This document shows, in pieces, positions 62,602 to 64,000 of a DNA stretch of 64,000 bases. Source of the DNA: a virus (Duplodnaviria; Caudoviricetes). The notes beneath the pieces are model-generated. The model searched no databases. It saw nothing but the letters and a program-made list of their open reading frames with translations, and had not been told where the DNA came from. The position numbers and the translations under genes were made by a program. Numbering within the stretch: position 1 is the stretch's first letter; each line of letters begins with the position of its first letter. The stretch is from IMG/VR virus record IMGVR_UViG_3300007512_001664, positions 32,001-96,000 of that record; one strand, written 5' to 3'.

Positions 62602-63596
62602 TGTATAAATTAGGAATTTTATTATTCGGTCAACCACGATATTATAGTATTGTTAAAAAATATTATGATGAAGCATTTTCAAACTGTGAAATAGATTACT
62701 TTATACATACTTGGAATGTTAACAGTGTCGTCGGTCGTAATCAAATACCTAGTAAGAGGGAAGATAATTACGACAACTTGATGGGCGTTCTTGGAGATAA
62801 GCTCTCCCAACATGTTGAGCCATTGACCTTTAAATATAATATAAATACGTTAAAGCACAGATTACAAAACATATACAACCCGTCATATATAGAAGTTAGT
62901 GATCATCAGAGACATTGCAAATGGATAAGTAAGTTAAACGATTTTCAACCACGTAAAGTAATTTCTTATCTGGGTCAATATGTAACGTTCTCAAGTAGTC
63001 CAAAAATAAAAAAATTAGAAAAGTATATTTTTAACAATGAACATGTACATCAATGGAGGTCGTTTGAGAGGGTTACTAAACTTTTAAAGCAGTCGGAAAA
63101 GGAATATGATTTGATGTTATGTGGTCGGTTTGATTTAATATTCGAACCAAAACCTGATATGGTTGAAAGACTGGTAGATTTAATCGAGAAGAATAAATCT
63201 GAGGATGATGAATTAATAGTATGTTCTATATCTGAAGAATCCAAAGATACATCTCTTAGCTCAATGTATGATTGGCTTTGGTTTGGGACCAAAAAAGGTA
63301 TGATTAGATTTGGTTATAATTTTACACGCAACCAAATAAACGATCCAAAACTGCCTGATAAAAATTATAGAGCAAGATGGGCTGATCAACTTAAATGGAA
63401 TAGAGTACCTGTTTATACAATGCCAGGGTCTCAATGGAATGAAACATGGGGACATGCAACGTTAATAAAGCCTTATTGTCCGGATTTTGATATTGATGCA
63501 ATAAAAAATTATAGCAAATATCATTCTCAAAATACACGTGGAGTGCTTAATAAGGTTGCACATCTAGAACAATATAACCCAGAAATTAAATATTAA
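62601..63596 (+). CDS. putative glycan-modifying (glycosyltransferase-like) phage protein
   Basis: LFGQPRY...DYFIHTW...YDLMLCGRFDL...DWLWFG. Confidence 0.5.
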   Translation: MYKLGILLFGQPRYYSIVKKYYDEAFSNCEIDYFIHTWNVNSVVGRNQIPSKREDNYDNLMGVLGDKLSQHVEPLTFKYNINTLKHRLQNIYNPSYIEVSDHQRHCKWISKLNDFQPRKVISYLGQYVTFSSSPKIKKLEKYIFNNEHVHQWRSFERVTKLLKQSEKEYDLMLCGRFDLIFEPKPDMVERLVDLIEKNKSEDDELIVCSISEESKDTSLSSMYDWLWFGTKKGMIRFGYNFTRNQINDPKLPDKNYRARWADQLKWNRVPVYTMPGSQWNETWGHATLIKPYCPDFDIDAIKNYSKYHSQNTRGVLNKVAHLEQYNPEIKY

Positions 63597-63600
63597 TACA

Positions 63601-63816
63601 ATGAGAAATATATCAGAATTCGAGCGTACAAAACCTACTCAAGCATATGCTGCTATTGATAGCGCAATTGCTAAGTACCGTCAAATAGTTAACGAGCATA
63701 CTTATCAAGGTAAGCAATTAATTATGGAGAGTGGCGACGCGCAACGCGCTTCATTAGCTCAGCAAGTAGTTAGTGATCTTGAGAATATAAAGAGAGTATT
63801 TCTAACCGGAAATTAA
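63601..63816 (+). CDS. hypothetical protein
   Basis: 71-aa ORF. Confidence 0.55.
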   Translation: MRNISEFERTKPTQAYAAIDSAIAKYRQIVNEHTYQGKQLIMESGDAQRASLAQQVVSDLENIKRVFLTGN

Positions 63817-64000
63817 GTAAAATCTATTCTTTTTATTTCGTCATAGTATGGAGTAACTTTCTGTAGTTCTAACTCCATACGATCCTCGATTTTATCTAGT
63901 AGTAATTGATCTGATATATCTGTGTGTGTTATTTCTACTTTATATTTGTTAGCAAGTTTTTCTGGATAATTAAATTTAAATAATTTATCAATAGTGTCAA
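63813..64000 (-). CDS. partial CDS (3' end) running off the window
   Basis: Open minus-strand frame ...IDKLFKFNYPEK...KRIDFT-stop at 63813. Confidence 0.55.
   Translation of the reverse strand, partial: DTIDKLFKFNYPEKLANKYKVEITHTDISDQLLLDKIEDRMELELQKVTPYYDEIKRIDFT

Noticed and set aside
1496-63455. Many overlapping opposite-strand or alternate-frame ORFs in the track (for example 2070-2351, 23125-23598, 27093-27317, 48461-48961, 52847-53374, 58324-58680, 58814-59029)
   Set aside because: These are shadows of better-supported genes or of the tRNA-Cys, with no motifs or promoter context.
1-64000. Stop-codon reassignment (code 15 or 4), as seen in some jumbo phages
   Set aside because: Conserved proteins are full length in code 11, and TAA, TAG and TGA all end genes with tight stop/start coupling.
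1-64000. Bacterial chromosome or integrated prophage
   Set aside because: No housekeeping operons, integrase or att context; host-like genes are interspersed singly among phage-type ORFs and carry phage late promoters.

Overview
This is a dense, AT-rich, gene-packed segment of a large T4-related (jumbo-type) phage genome, read in the standard genetic code. It is an accessory region: no capsid, tail, terminase, polymerase or integrase gene lies in the window. Phage evidence: T4 gp55-type late promoter cores (TATAAATA/TAAATA) a few nt before many start codons, sigma70-type early promoters, three tRNAs, dCMP deaminase, DUF932, T5orf172, a lysozyme-LysM gene and ribosomal protein bS21. Several genes resemble Verrucomicrobia/PVC families (H-X9-DG prepilin-type proteins, an LPTGDG-type class III cyclase, an NPYxxIxxRNxF secreted protein), so a Verrucomicrobia host is inferred. 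Best candidates for undescribed biology: (1) about 20 genes whose products start with one of two short leaders ending in (I/L/V)-x-E. One resembles the T4 capsid-targeting sequence (MKTFKxFxE). The other is a new type (MRDKDAQLxxE) that is conserved at DNA level and heads a tandem cassette array at 49.8-54.4 kb, suggesting a modular capsid-cargo (injected protein) system. (2) Two of these proteins carry a twin-arginine (Tat) motif right behind the leader. (3) Two tandem late-expressed prepilin-type H-X9-DG genes beside an ankyrin-nucleotide cyclase fusion. (4) A ~300-nt multi-stem non-coding RNA with its own promoter. (5) Translation tools missed by the ORF track: an ArfA-like peptide and a tRNA-Cys with a rewired core. 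A large glycan-modification gene set is also present. All family calls come from motif recognition by eye, with no database search.
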